Assembly: GCA_016199545.1 (NCBI GenBank)
Contig: JACQGN010000009.1
Span: 1-46,461, forward strand
Reading direction: 5' to 3'
Origin: Betaproteobacteria bacterium
GTDB lineage: Bacteria; Pseudomonadota; Gammaproteobacteria; Burkholderiales; SG8-41
Length of the DNA stretch: 46,461 nucleotides
Of this stretch, positions 8,893-17,743 are shown one piece after another. Position 1 is the stretch's first letter. The number at the start of each line of letters is the position of its first letter. Both the position numbers and the translations under genes were made by a program. The notes beneath the pieces were generated by a model. The model saw nothing but the letters and a program-made list of their open reading frames with translations. It was not told the DNA's origin and searched no databases.

Positions 8893-11800
8893 CTACCTGG
8901 GTCCGCCGGTCGCAGCCTGCCCAACGAGAGTGAGCGAGGTGTCCAGCTGCCGCAGGGTGTCGATCCTGCGCTTGGCATTGCGCACGATGAGCGGATTTAC
9001 TGTATCGACGACCGACTTCGCTCCGCGCGTCCGGTTTTCAACCGCATTTTCGTGGCTGGATCGGGCTAGATTGGCGGCGGTCTCGAGACCAGGAATGTTC
9101 TTCTCCAGATTCTTTCTTTCATCGCTATCCAGGGGAAGCGCTTGCGCCTTGCGGCGCTGCTCGGCAAGCGCACCGTTCTTCTGGGCCAGATCAGTCGAAT
9201 ACTTCTCAACGAGGGGGTTGTCCCCGCGAATCAGCGACTCCAGCCTGTCCCTCAGCCTGCGCATGGATTCGAGCGCCCGGATCATCACGCCCGCCTGCTC
9301 CGCCGCGGTCGCGTCTTCCTTGGCAAGAATGTCCGTGAGCGCGTCGTTCGAGGACTTGATCTCGGCGATGCCGGACGCGTCCTCGGTCACATGCCTCGAC
9401 TTCAGTCCGTTCAAAACATCGTCCCTGGACGCGCCGCTCAGACCGCTTTCCCATGCGCTTCGGATGTCCTCGCCAAGGCGTCCGATTTCTTTCCGCAGGT
9501 CTTCCGCCTCGCTCCTTGTCCGCTTTGCGTGATCGGCGCGATAACCTTCGACCAGCCTCCCCAGTGCATCGGTCCCGGCTGTGCCCGGCTGGGCATTTAC
9601 CTTGTCGAGCTCCCCGCGTATCCCCGCCTTGCTCTCCTCGGGCGTGTCGCGCGAATCCAACTGACGCTGGAGCTGTGCCCGGCGCAGCAGGTTGAGGTCG
9701 AGCCCTTTGCCGATGCCAAACAGCGCCAGCCCCTGCGCGGATCTGAAGATGTCGCTCGGGTCTGCCGAGTAGGCCTTGACGTACCAGTTTCCGACGTCGT
9801 CCTTGGCGAGCACATAGTTGATGTTTCCGCCGCCCGCCAGGTTGACGGTGTTGATGTTCTGCCAGTGCTGCTTGTCGATCTCGCCGAGCGTTTCCAGGTA
9901 CCCCTTTTCGAACTGCGTGAGCGTCGATGCGCCGAGAGAGCGGTTGGTATTGCGGGCAATCATGTTGACCCAGTCCACGTCGGGTTTCGCCTGCAGCGAG
10001 GTCGCCGCGTAGACGCTCCTGAGATAAGCGCTAGCAGGACGCAGGTAAGCAAGATCGGCGCGCTGCTCGAGCACGCTCTCGATTGCCTTCTCCAGGCCAC
10101 GCGCGCGCCTCGTCTCGTTGGACGCAAGGGCGTGTGTTCGCTGATTGCGCAGCATGGCGAGCAGGTCGTCCACCACGTCCTTCTGCGTGGGGTGGGCGTC
10201 GCGCGATTGGACCATCACTGGGGCCCGCACCGGCGTCGTCTCCTTGACCAGCTTGAGCGCGATGTCGAAGCCGCGCCTTCTCTGCACATCGCCGTCAGCC
10301 GTCGAACTCTCGATCTTCTTGCGCTCAGCCTGCAGCGCGTCGGCGAGCAATGCGAGAAGGCCGGCCTGCCTCGCGACACCGGCATCGTTGGCCTTCTTCA
10401 GCACGCTGCCGCGCAAGGCGTCCAGCTCTTCTCGCGCCTTGCTGTAGTCCGCGTGTCGGCCCGCGGCCTGCCCCCCCCGCTTCAGCCTGGCCACCTCACG
10501 GCCGAGCTCGGCTTCCTGCCGCATCAGCGTTTTCACGTTGGCGCGCTCCGACGCAAGGTCGAACAGGAGTTTCTCATTCAGGTTCCTGAAAAATGTGCTC
10601 GCGTCATCGCCCGGCAGCGTGGCGAGCGCATCGCCGTTCGTCTTGAAGAACTTGCTCGTCTTGTCGAGGTTCATCCCCCACGCGGAGCGTTTGCCCGCAT
10701 CGGTGATCGCCTCGAGTTGATAAGCGTCGTCGACGGCCTTCTTTATCGCCGCGATGACATCCGCGCCCTTCTTGGTTTTGTCCTTTGCGAGCGCCTTCAC
10801 CTGCCCATCGATCGAATCGATGAGCTTGACGCCCCTGGGATCGGGCTTGGCACGGGGCTTCGCCGAAGGCGGGAAGACGACCGATATCGCCGCCGCCAGC
10901 GACTCGGCCGACTCCTCGGCGCCTTCACGCTCCCCCTTCTTACCCTGGAGCTTTTCCTCCTCGATCGCCAGGGGCGTCTTTCCTCCCTGGGGCACGGGTT
11001 TCGCGGGAACTACGTCGCGGCTTATGCGCTCGATTTCCGAGTGCAGGTTGCGGAGCAGATTGTCGAGCGCCTGGGCAGGCGTAAGATCGAAGGCGCCGCG
11101 AACCGCCTCGGCCTCCACCCGCCCGCGATCTCTCAGACGCTGCTGGTGCTCGTCGCGCCGGCGCGTGTCATCAGCATGAATGAGGATGGTGTTCGCCACG
11201 GCCTGCACGACTGCGGCCTCGCGCGCGACCTCCGCCGCCCCGCGCTGGTCCTTCTGATCCGGCGGGAGAAGCGCACGGTTGTTGACCGCTACCAGCACGC
11301 GCTCCGCCCAGATGATGAGCGTCTCCTCCAGCTTCTTTCTTGCACTAATGACACGCGGGTTCCGTAGGTCGTTGCCGTAATGCAAGAGCGTTTCCTGGAA
11401 CTTGGTGGTAAGCGAGTCAATCCCCTGAATCTGCCTTGCACGCTCGAAACCGGCGACGGTCCCTGCCGCTATCAGCGACAGGTTGGAAGCCAGCCTGGAG
11501 AGTTGCTGGCTGAAGTTGCGGCCTAGGGTCGGACCGCGGGAAAATCCGAATTGGCGGGCTATCGCAGGAACAACCTCAAGATTATCCTTGCCTGAAAGCG
11601 CCGTGCACCCCGTGAGGTCCCCGGGTGTGGCGACAATGAACGCCCGGTCGCTCTCCTTGAGCAGCTTGACCATTTCCTTCGGAAATCGCGTTGCCGCCTC
11701 CCTGATAGCGCGGCCCGCGCTGTCGTAGGGATCAAGCGAGTCTGCGTTCTCGGACGAATCCGCTGTCCTCGGCTCCAGTTCCCATACCAGACGACCCGTC

Positions 11801-12894
11801 GAGTCCCTCAGCACGGAACGCTCCAGCACGCTACCGAGCCCGCCTGTGAGCGGTGGAGCGCCCTTCCTCGTCAGATAGCAGGCTATTGCCCGGGGTTGCG
11901 AGGTCGCCGCCAGGAAGCGCGCCGCGAGTTGGAGCTGGTCGGAACGATCGGCGTCGCCGAGATGGTCCACGATCTCGAGCATTGCCTTCCAGAGAGATCG
12001 CATCGCGCGCCGCATCTCGAGGAACGCCTCCGAGATTTCCTTCACGCGGGAGACATAAGATTGATCGATCGTCCCGAAGAGGACAGAAGAATAGCCGGCA
12101 AGAACTTCGCTTTTCGACATCTCCGTGTAGATCTCGTTCGCGCCAGCGTTCTTCGAAGCGCAGGCGATATTGTCACGCCCGTCGACGTGCTTTCTTCGCT
12201 GCGCAGCAGGCAATTCCGAAAGCGACTGTTCCATCAGACGACAAGCGCAATGCAGCTCTTCCGCAAGCTTGCGTTTGTTCGGCTCGACATTGTGCAGCGC
12301 CGCGACCGACGCTTTCTTCTGTCGGTCGGCCTCCAGCGAGCATGCCGATGGGACTTGCGTGCTGTCCTCACTCATGAGAAACCGGGCGTGAATGTAGCCG
12401 AACAGCCGCCGGTGCTCATCGATCCCGACGGGATTGCTGGTCATCCGCGGATATGCCTTCAGCAGCCTTTCGGCGAGCGGCCTGTCCTTGCTCTCGGAGA
12501 AGCCAAAAACCTCGTTCTGGTGCCACACCACCTGGAAAGACCGATTTGCACTTTCCATCTCGCTGCCGAGCACAGAATCGGCCGTATCATGGTAAAAGCT
12601 GAGCGCGCCGTTGACGAAACGCGCCGTCTCGTTCGTGAACTTGTAGGCGGGCGCCCAATCGTCGCGGAACGGTCCGAGGCTTTCTCCGAATTTTTCGTTG
12701 CCTTTCCCTTCGAGGCGATTCCTCAACGATGCGAGCACCGGGCGCGCCGCTACGGCGAGCGCAGCATACTGGCGCACCTGTATGTCCTCATGGTTGGCGA
12801 GCGGGCCCTTGTAGACATCGACGTCGATGCGCAGGGCGGCGCAACCGGCGAAGGTCAGCGCGGCAAAAGTAGCAAGCCCGATCCGCGTATTCAT
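8893..12894 (-). CDS. Very large predicted lipoprotein of unknown function (1333 aa)
   Basis: Type II signal peptide MNTRIGLATFAALTFAG-C; helical and coiled-coil-like stretches; ATGA overlap with the upstream gene. Confidence 0.8.
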   Translation of the reverse strand: MNTRIGLATFAALTFAGCAALRIDVDVYKGPLANHEDIQVRQYAALAVAARPVLASLRNRLEGKGNEKFGESLGPFRDDWAPAYKFTNETARFVNGALSFYHDTADSVLGSEMESANRSFQVVWHQNEVFGFSESKDRPLAERLLKAYPRMTSNPVGIDEHRRLFGYIHARFLMSEDSTQVPSACSLEADRQKKASVAALHNVEPNKRKLAEELHCACRLMEQSLSELPAAQRRKHVDGRDNIACASKNAGANEIYTEMSKSEVLAGYSSVLFGTIDQSYVSRVKEISEAFLEMRRAMRSLWKAMLEIVDHLGDADRSDQLQLAARFLAATSQPRAIACYLTRKGAPPLTGGLGSVLERSVLRDSTGRLVWELEPRTADSSENADSLDPYDSAGRAIREAATRFPKEMVKLLKESDRAFIVATPGDLTGCTALSGKDNLEVVPAIARQFGFSRGPTLGRNFSQQLSRLASNLSLIAAGTVAGFERARQIQGIDSLTTKFQETLLHYGNDLRNPRVISARKKLEETLIIWAERVLVAVNNRALLPPDQKDQRGAAEVAREAAVVQAVANTILIHADDTRRRDEHQQRLRDRGRVEAEAVRGAFDLTPAQALDNLLRNLHSEIERISRDVVPAKPVPQGGKTPLAIEEEKLQGKKGEREGAEESAESLAAAISVVFPPSAKPRAKPDPRGVKLIDSIDGQVKALAKDKTKKGADVIAAIKKAVDDAYQLEAITDAGKRSAWGMNLDKTSKFFKTNGDALATLPGDDASTFFRNLNEKLLFDLASERANVKTLMRQEAELGREVARLKRGGQAAGRHADYSKAREELDALRGSVLKKANDAGVARQAGLLALLADALQAERKKIESSTADGDVQRRRGFDIALKLVKETTPVRAPVMVQSRDAHPTQKDVVDDLLAMLRNQRTHALASNETRRARGLEKAIESVLEQRADLAYLRPASAYLRSVYAATSLQAKPDVDWVNMIARNTNRSLGASTLTQFEKGYLETLGEIDKQHWQNINTVNLAGGGNINYVLAKDDVGNWYVKAYSADPSDIFRSAQGLALFGIGKGLDLNLLRRAQLQRQLDSRDTPEESKAGIRGELDKVNAQPGTAGTDALGRLVEGYRADHAKRTRSEAEDLRKEIGRLGEDIRSAWESGLSGASRDDVLNGLKSRHVTEDASGIAEIKSSNDALTDILAKEDATAAEQAGVMIRALESMRRLRDRLESLIRGDNPLVEKYSTDLAQKNGALAEQRRKAQALPLDSDERKNLEKNIPGLETAANLARSSHENAVENRTRGAKSVVDTVNPLIVRNAKRRIDTLRQLDTSLTLVGQAATGGPR

Positions 12895-13610
12895 TTGCCC
12901 CCCGCCTCGGTGCGCAGATCCTCCAGTCGGTCGCGCTGCATCCGGAGCTCCGCGAGATCGTTGAAGAGCGCTCGCTGCAGGTCGAAGCCTCCCCTGCCCT
13001 GCGTCGCCGAAGCCACCACTCCCAGCGCCTCGTCGATGGCTGAAAAAAACGCCTGCGGATTCGCTCCCATGACGACCACCAGCCGATGGTCCTTGGGGGC
13101 CTCCCGGAACCCCTCCGGCCCGAACATCACCAGCCGGCGGCCGGTCTTCAGCGCCTTCGTCTCTTCATCGGCCCGCTTGATCTCGAATCCGCCGCCGTTG
13201 CCCGCGTGCGCGATCGTGGACAGGGAATCGACGAGATCAGCACGCACCCAGCCCGAGGCGAACTTCGTGAAATTGAGCATGCTGGACTGGCCGCGCACGC
13301 GCACCCGGTACATCGTCGGCGGCAACTGCTCCTGCGGGTCGAACACGCCAAGGTAGTACACCTGCTCGATGTCGGTCGACGGAATCTGGCTTGCGATGGC
13401 GGTGCCGACGACCAGGGCGCCGACGGCCGCCTTCTCCCCCGAAGAGAGGTTGGCGCACCCGCTCAGCACGAGGCCCGCTCCCACCGCGCTGGCCGTGAGA
13501 AGGCTGCACCAGGAACGCCCGACAGCGGCGCTCCATGAATCTGCACCGACGTCACGTACTTCGCTCACGTGCGATTTCGACAAGTCATTGCGCAAGATTC
13601 CGGTTACCAT
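12891..13610 (-). CDS. Predicted lipoprotein of unknown function
   Basis: Lipobox LVLSG-C after a hydrophobic stretch, followed by a glycine-zipper-like segment; start uncertain (13640, 13610 or later). Confidence 0.7.
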   Translation of the reverse strand: MVTGILRNDLSKSHVSEVRDVGADSWSAAVGRSWCSLLTASAVGAGLVLSGCANLSSGEKAAVGALVVGTAIASQIPSTDIEQVYYLGVFDPQEQLPPTMYRVRVRGQSSMLNFTKFASGWVRADLVDSLSTIAHAGNGGGFEIKRADEETKALKTGRRLVMFGPEGFREAPKDHRLVVVMGANPQAFFSAIDEALGVVASATQGRGGFDLQRALFNDLAELRMQRDRLEDLRTEAGGK

Positions 13611-13679
13611 CCCTCTCCCTTTCGTCTGTATCGATACCATCGGCTGTTTCGATCTGCTTTTTGGTTGCCGGGTCGGCTG

Positions 13680-15179
13680 CTAAAGCTGGAACGAGTATTC
13701 GTAGAACAGCGGCGTGACCGTGAGCCGCGTCGTGAACGCCTTGCGCTGCGCCTCGGTAAGCGACGCCAGGCTTTCCTTTTTCGGCGCGTCCTGGTCCGAA
13801 AACACCAGGCGCCCGCCGGTCTTTTCCCTGAGCCGCTTCACTAGCGGCTCGAACGGCATCTCGTCCCAGCGGTTCTTCTTCGCCTGCTCCTTCGAAACCG
13901 GCACGAACGCGATCAGATCGTCGCTCGTCATCTGCTCCAGGCCGAGCGTGCGCAGGGTCGCGTTGTGGCTGCCGTGGTGGCCGACCTTGTAGAACACCAC
14001 GCGTTGGAGCAGGTCGGGTCCCGTCACGGTCCGCGTCTCGTTGCCATCCTTGACGGTCCATTTCGTGTCCTGCCAGGAAAGCCAGTTGCCCACCTGGGCG
14101 TCGGCGGCGAACAGGAGCACCTGCCCGCTCTTCACCAGCTCGAACGCGAGCACGAGGCAGGTGTTGTTGGTGTGGCTGTCGAGATTGAGCGCGAGCGTTT
14201 CGGCGGCAGCGGTCCAGTCGAGTTCGATCTTGCGCCAGCTCTCCTCGGGCTCGTCCCAGGTGTCGGCGATGAGCCTCGTCAGCGCCGCGGGCACGGGCTT
14301 CGCCCCCGTCTTCCCCGGAAACAGCGAGAGGTTCTCTTCGAACGGGCAATCCGGGCCGCCTGCTTCGCCCGGCGCCTGGAGACGCTCGAATGCCACCGCC
14401 AGGTTGTCGTCGATCGCCGCGTCCAGGGCGAACTCGTAGACTTCCTTCCCCTTCTTGGTGGGGGAGCTGCGCTTGATGCGGGCTTCGTCCTCGGGCGGCC
14501 CCAGCACGTACACCCGGACGCCGTCCACGCCGGGAAGGGTGAGGGCCGCTTTGGTGGGATAGCGGTAGCTCACCTTCACGCCGCGGCGCTGGCCCAGGTA
14601 CTCGAAGGCGCTCCGGGTCTTGCCGATCGCCTCGCCGGCCGCTGCCAGGCCCTGCAGGCTCGCGGTCGATTCGACGCCGAAGAATTGCAGCAGCGTTTCG
14701 ACCCGGGCCGCGCGACCGGCCGCAAGAGGAGCTGCGTTGCCGCGGAGCGCCATCGCCGCCGCATGCAGGGCCTTCACCTTCGCCGCGCGCTCCTTGCGCA
14801 GCTTCTTCCCGAGCTCGTTCTCGGGATCCTCGGTCCAGGCATACCAGACCTCGCCTACGTCGATGTTGTCGAAGGCGTCCTGGGCCTGCTGCGTCGAGAA
14901 GCCGGAGGCATGGTCCCAGTGCTCGTGAGTCATGACGGCGATGTCGATGCGGCTGCCGCAGCCCTCGGCGATGCTGGCGACCACTTTCTGCATCGTCGGC
15001 TTGGGGTCCTTGGCGACGCCGATCAGGCCGCAGTCGATCAACACGGTGAACGAGCTGTTGCCGCCTTCCTTCGGGAATCGCAACAGGAAGCAGTCGCCGA
15101 GGCCGTGGCGGTACATCCGCACGAGCACCTGCCCGCCAGGGGTCTTTTTCCTCGATCTTGGCTTCGGAGCTTGCGCCAT
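13680..15179 (-). CDS. MBL-fold metallo-hydrolase, ComEC/Rec2-like clade
   Basis: GLGDCFLL, LIDCG, THEHWDH (HxHxDH), NNTCLVL, LLFAADAQ, KVGHHGSHN; start at MAQAPK. Confidence 0.85.
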   Translation of the reverse strand: MAQAPKPRSRKKTPGGQVLVRMYRHGLGDCFLLRFPKEGGNSSFTVLIDCGLIGVAKDPKPTMQKVVASIAEGCGSRIDIAVMTHEHWDHASGFSTQQAQDAFDNIDVGEVWYAWTEDPENELGKKLRKERAAKVKALHAAAMALRGNAAPLAAGRAARVETLLQFFGVESTASLQGLAAAGEAIGKTRSAFEYLGQRRGVKVSYRYPTKAALTLPGVDGVRVYVLGPPEDEARIKRSSPTKKGKEVYEFALDAAIDDNLAVAFERLQAPGEAGGPDCPFEENLSLFPGKTGAKPVPAALTRLIADTWDEPEESWRKIELDWTAAAETLALNLDSHTNNTCLVLAFELVKSGQVLLFAADAQVGNWLSWQDTKWTVKDGNETRTVTGPDLLQRVVFYKVGHHGSHNATLRTLGLEQMTSDDLIAFVPVSKEQAKKNRWDEMPFEPLVKRLREKTGGRLVFSDQDAPKKESLASLTEAQRKAFTTRLTVTPLFYEYSFQL

Positions 15180-15195
15180 GAGTGTCTCCGGCAGG

Positions 15196-17148
15196 TCAGG
15201 CTTCGCTGTGAAGGAGCGAAAGCGGCTCGTCGTCGAGCCTCGTCCCGTCTCCGCCGGTGCCGAAATAGGTGCCCCGGAGCGACAGGCGCTCCTCGCCCTT
15301 GCGCTTCCGGTAGCCGCGGATCTCGGCGAGCCGCTGCTCGTCGTCGATGCGGCGCGTGATGGCATAGCGCAGGCTCGGCTTTTCACCCTCCAGGTCGAAG
15401 ATGAGCGTCGCGCCGCCGCGGAACTCGAATCTGCCCAGGGCCCGATTCTCCGGATCAATGAAGACGCGGCGTACCTGCGTGAGCACCATGATGAGCTGCT
15501 TCATGATCGTGCCCGCGGGGCTCACGCGCAGGGCGGGCCGCAGCGCGTGCACCTCGAAATAGGGAATGCCGTTCGACTTCACAGCGAGACCCTCCAGCCC
15601 GCTCTTGCTCCAGAGATTCAGTCCTGTCACCCGATTGAATTCGGGGCGATGGGGGGCATCGCTGAGGTCGGACATGGATACTTCGAGATACTCGTGTATC
15701 GCGCCCCTCGCGTCGCGCAACCTGTGGAACAGCACCCGCCGATCCCGGACGTACAGCGTCTCCGTAATCTGCGGCCGCAGCTTCGCAGCCACTTCCGTCA
15801 GCGCACCCCAGCCCTCGAAATCCTCCATCCGCGCAAAGGGCAGGCGCAGTTGCTCCTCCGAGAGCGTGCGCAGCCCCTTCGGGAGGATTCCCCAGCGCCG
15901 GAACGATTCGATCAGCGCCACGCGATAGCCGTAGCGATCGTTGGGCACCATGTCGAAGTCGGCGGTGACGAGGGCGCGCAGATAGTCGCCGAAGGTCATG
16001 TCCACCGGTGGGCAGTAGTCCAGCGCGCGGATGCACATGTTGAGGAAGGTCTTCGCAGTGGCGTTCGCCTGCTCGGTGAGCCGGTTGACCAGGTCCGGAT
16101 GGATCGAGCCTGCGGGAAGCACGCCGGTTCCGGCCGTCGCAAGGCGTATCAGGTCCTCGACGCGGGCCTTGTTGACCGCGAGGAATGCGCCGAACACGGC
16201 CGCCACCAAGATGGCGCCGCGGGCATGCGGCTCGAACTCGTTCCCAAGGCGGGCGGGATCCGGCTCGATGGGGTGCCACTTGCCGTCGGGCCCGCGCTCA
16301 CCGATGGCACTGCGTAGCGCCCCGTAGCGCCCGGTCGCTTCACCGAACTGCTGCGCCAGCTCGCCCAACAGGGACTGACTCGCGAGGTCGCCGCGGGTCT
16401 GCGCGATCTGATGGCGGAGGACCTCGGGAAACATGAAATGCTCGAAGAGCGCGACGAGATCGGCGAAGGCCTCGTGGAAGGCCAGCGAGTCTTCGTGATT
16501 GTCCTCGATGAAGCGCCGGTGCATGCCGTCGAGGAGCGCGTGCGTCGTCTCGTGCGCCACGATATCGTGCGACAGGCAGGAGAACACCATGCCGGATGGG
16601 CCGGGGAAATATCCGAACAGCAGGGCCCGCTTGTTCGGGCTGTAGTAGGCGTTGGCGGCCCGCAGGGCATGCGGATAGATCCGCAGGCGCTGAACGTACA
16701 CGTCGCGCTGTCCGGGCGGTTGCGTTTCGTCGTAGAGCGCCGCCCAGAAGATCTGCCGCCCCAAGGCATGCTCAAAGTTGGCGATCGTGTTCATGGTGGC
16801 CGCATACACCATCTGCTGGTGGAACTGCGGGTTGCCTTCGGACGGCGCGAGGCCGTCCTGGGCGACGATCTCGAGCTTGTTCAGATCGACGGGCTCGTAC
16901 CAGCAGCCGCTCGCCGGGTCGTAGTCGAGGACCTCGACGTACTCGCCCACGGGACCGGGATCGAGCTTTCGCTCCCAGGGCGTCTCGAACACCGCCTGGT
17001 TCATCGAGGCCGTGTCCAGCCGCAGCGCGAGGCTCGGATCGAAGGCGTAACCGCGCAAGCGCCGAAAGGGCGGCGGTGGCGCCGTGGCGGACGCGGGATC
17101 GTCGAGTTTACGGTCCAGGTAGAACTGATTGGAATCCGGCGAGAACAT
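15196..17148 (-). CDS. Thermolysin-like (gluzincin, M4/M36-related) metallopeptidase, no signal peptide
   Basis: NAYYSP, DIVAHETTH (HExxH), AFHEAFAD (third zinc ligand Glu), EPHARG. Confidence 0.8.
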   Translation of the reverse strand: MFSPDSNQFYLDRKLDDPASATAPPPPFRRLRGYAFDPSLALRLDTASMNQAVFETPWERKLDPGPVGEYVEVLDYDPASGCWYEPVDLNKLEIVAQDGLAPSEGNPQFHQQMVYAATMNTIANFEHALGRQIFWAALYDETQPPGQRDVYVQRLRIYPHALRAANAYYSPNKRALLFGYFPGPSGMVFSCLSHDIVAHETTHALLDGMHRRFIEDNHEDSLAFHEAFADLVALFEHFMFPEVLRHQIAQTRGDLASQSLLGELAQQFGEATGRYGALRSAIGERGPDGKWHPIEPDPARLGNEFEPHARGAILVAAVFGAFLAVNKARVEDLIRLATAGTGVLPAGSIHPDLVNRLTEQANATAKTFLNMCIRALDYCPPVDMTFGDYLRALVTADFDMVPNDRYGYRVALIESFRRWGILPKGLRTLSEEQLRLPFARMEDFEGWGALTEVAAKLRPQITETLYVRDRRVLFHRLRDARGAIHEYLEVSMSDLSDAPHRPEFNRVTGLNLWSKSGLEGLAVKSNGIPYFEVHALRPALRVSPAGTIMKQLIMVLTQVRRVFIDPENRALGRFEFRGGATLIFDLEGEKPSLRYAITRRIDDEQRLAEIRGYRKRKGEERLSLRGTYFGTGGDGTRLDDEPLSLLHSEA

Positions 17149-17457
17149 GGTTCATTCGCTTTCTTCTGTCGGCTCGACGACCGGCCCCCCAACAGCGTAA
17201 AGGCACGGACACGCCGCAATCCATTGGCGTTTTGGCCTAGTACGGAAGTCGTACGGATTACGGCCTGCGCGCATGCGTAGCGCAGGCTCCCTTCGCTCAG
17301 GCAGTGCAGGTAGAAACCGTAATCCTCCCCGGCAAAGAAGCGGGGCGCGCCGTCATTGCCGCGTTGAAGCGTAACTTAGCGAGGAAATAGGTCACAGTCG
17401 GGCGTAGCCGACAAACGATGTCAGGGAATTCCTGACGCAGACGACGCCCCGAATAAC

Positions 17458-17567
17458 CTAGCCCTTCGTCTGCGACCAGCCGTAGGCCTTAGCGGAGGCG
17501 CCGCCCATGAGTATCGCCCGCTCGCTCTCGGTGAGGCGCTTGATCTGGCGGAAAGGCTTGACCGCCT
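17458..17567 (-). pseudogene. 3' fragment of an amidohydrolase paralog
   Basis: Aligns to 4368-4477 with about 17 mismatches in about 110 nt; encodes AVKPFRQIKRLTESERAILMGGASAKAYGWSQTKG*. Confidence 0.85.
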
Positions 17568-17587
17568 CTTGCGTCGTTGACGACGCA

Positions 17588-17654
17588 ACGTCTATGAGTA
17601 CCAGAACGGCACGTGGCGCATGGTGACCTGGCAGTCGACGAAGCTTCCCGACTA
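17588..17654 (+). repeat. 67-bp direct repeat, right copy (DUF4440 3' fragment)
   Basis: 66/67 identical to 6543-6609. Confidence 0.95.
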
Positions 17655-17743
17655 AAAGGTCATTCCCGGACGCTCCAGCGTCAGGCTCTGCGGTTCTCCT
17701 TGAGCGGAGTATGTCGTTCATGAACAACATCGTGCGGGCGCGG

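Noticed and set aside
13680-15458. N-terminal extensions of ORF-track calls (also 17744-19087, 39159-40616, 42266-43273, 30332-31423)
   Set aside because: They overlap neighbouring genes; internal starts with family-typical N-termini were used instead
6611-17457. Prophage or integrative conjugative element
   Set aside because: No integrase, phage structural or conjugation genes are recognisable
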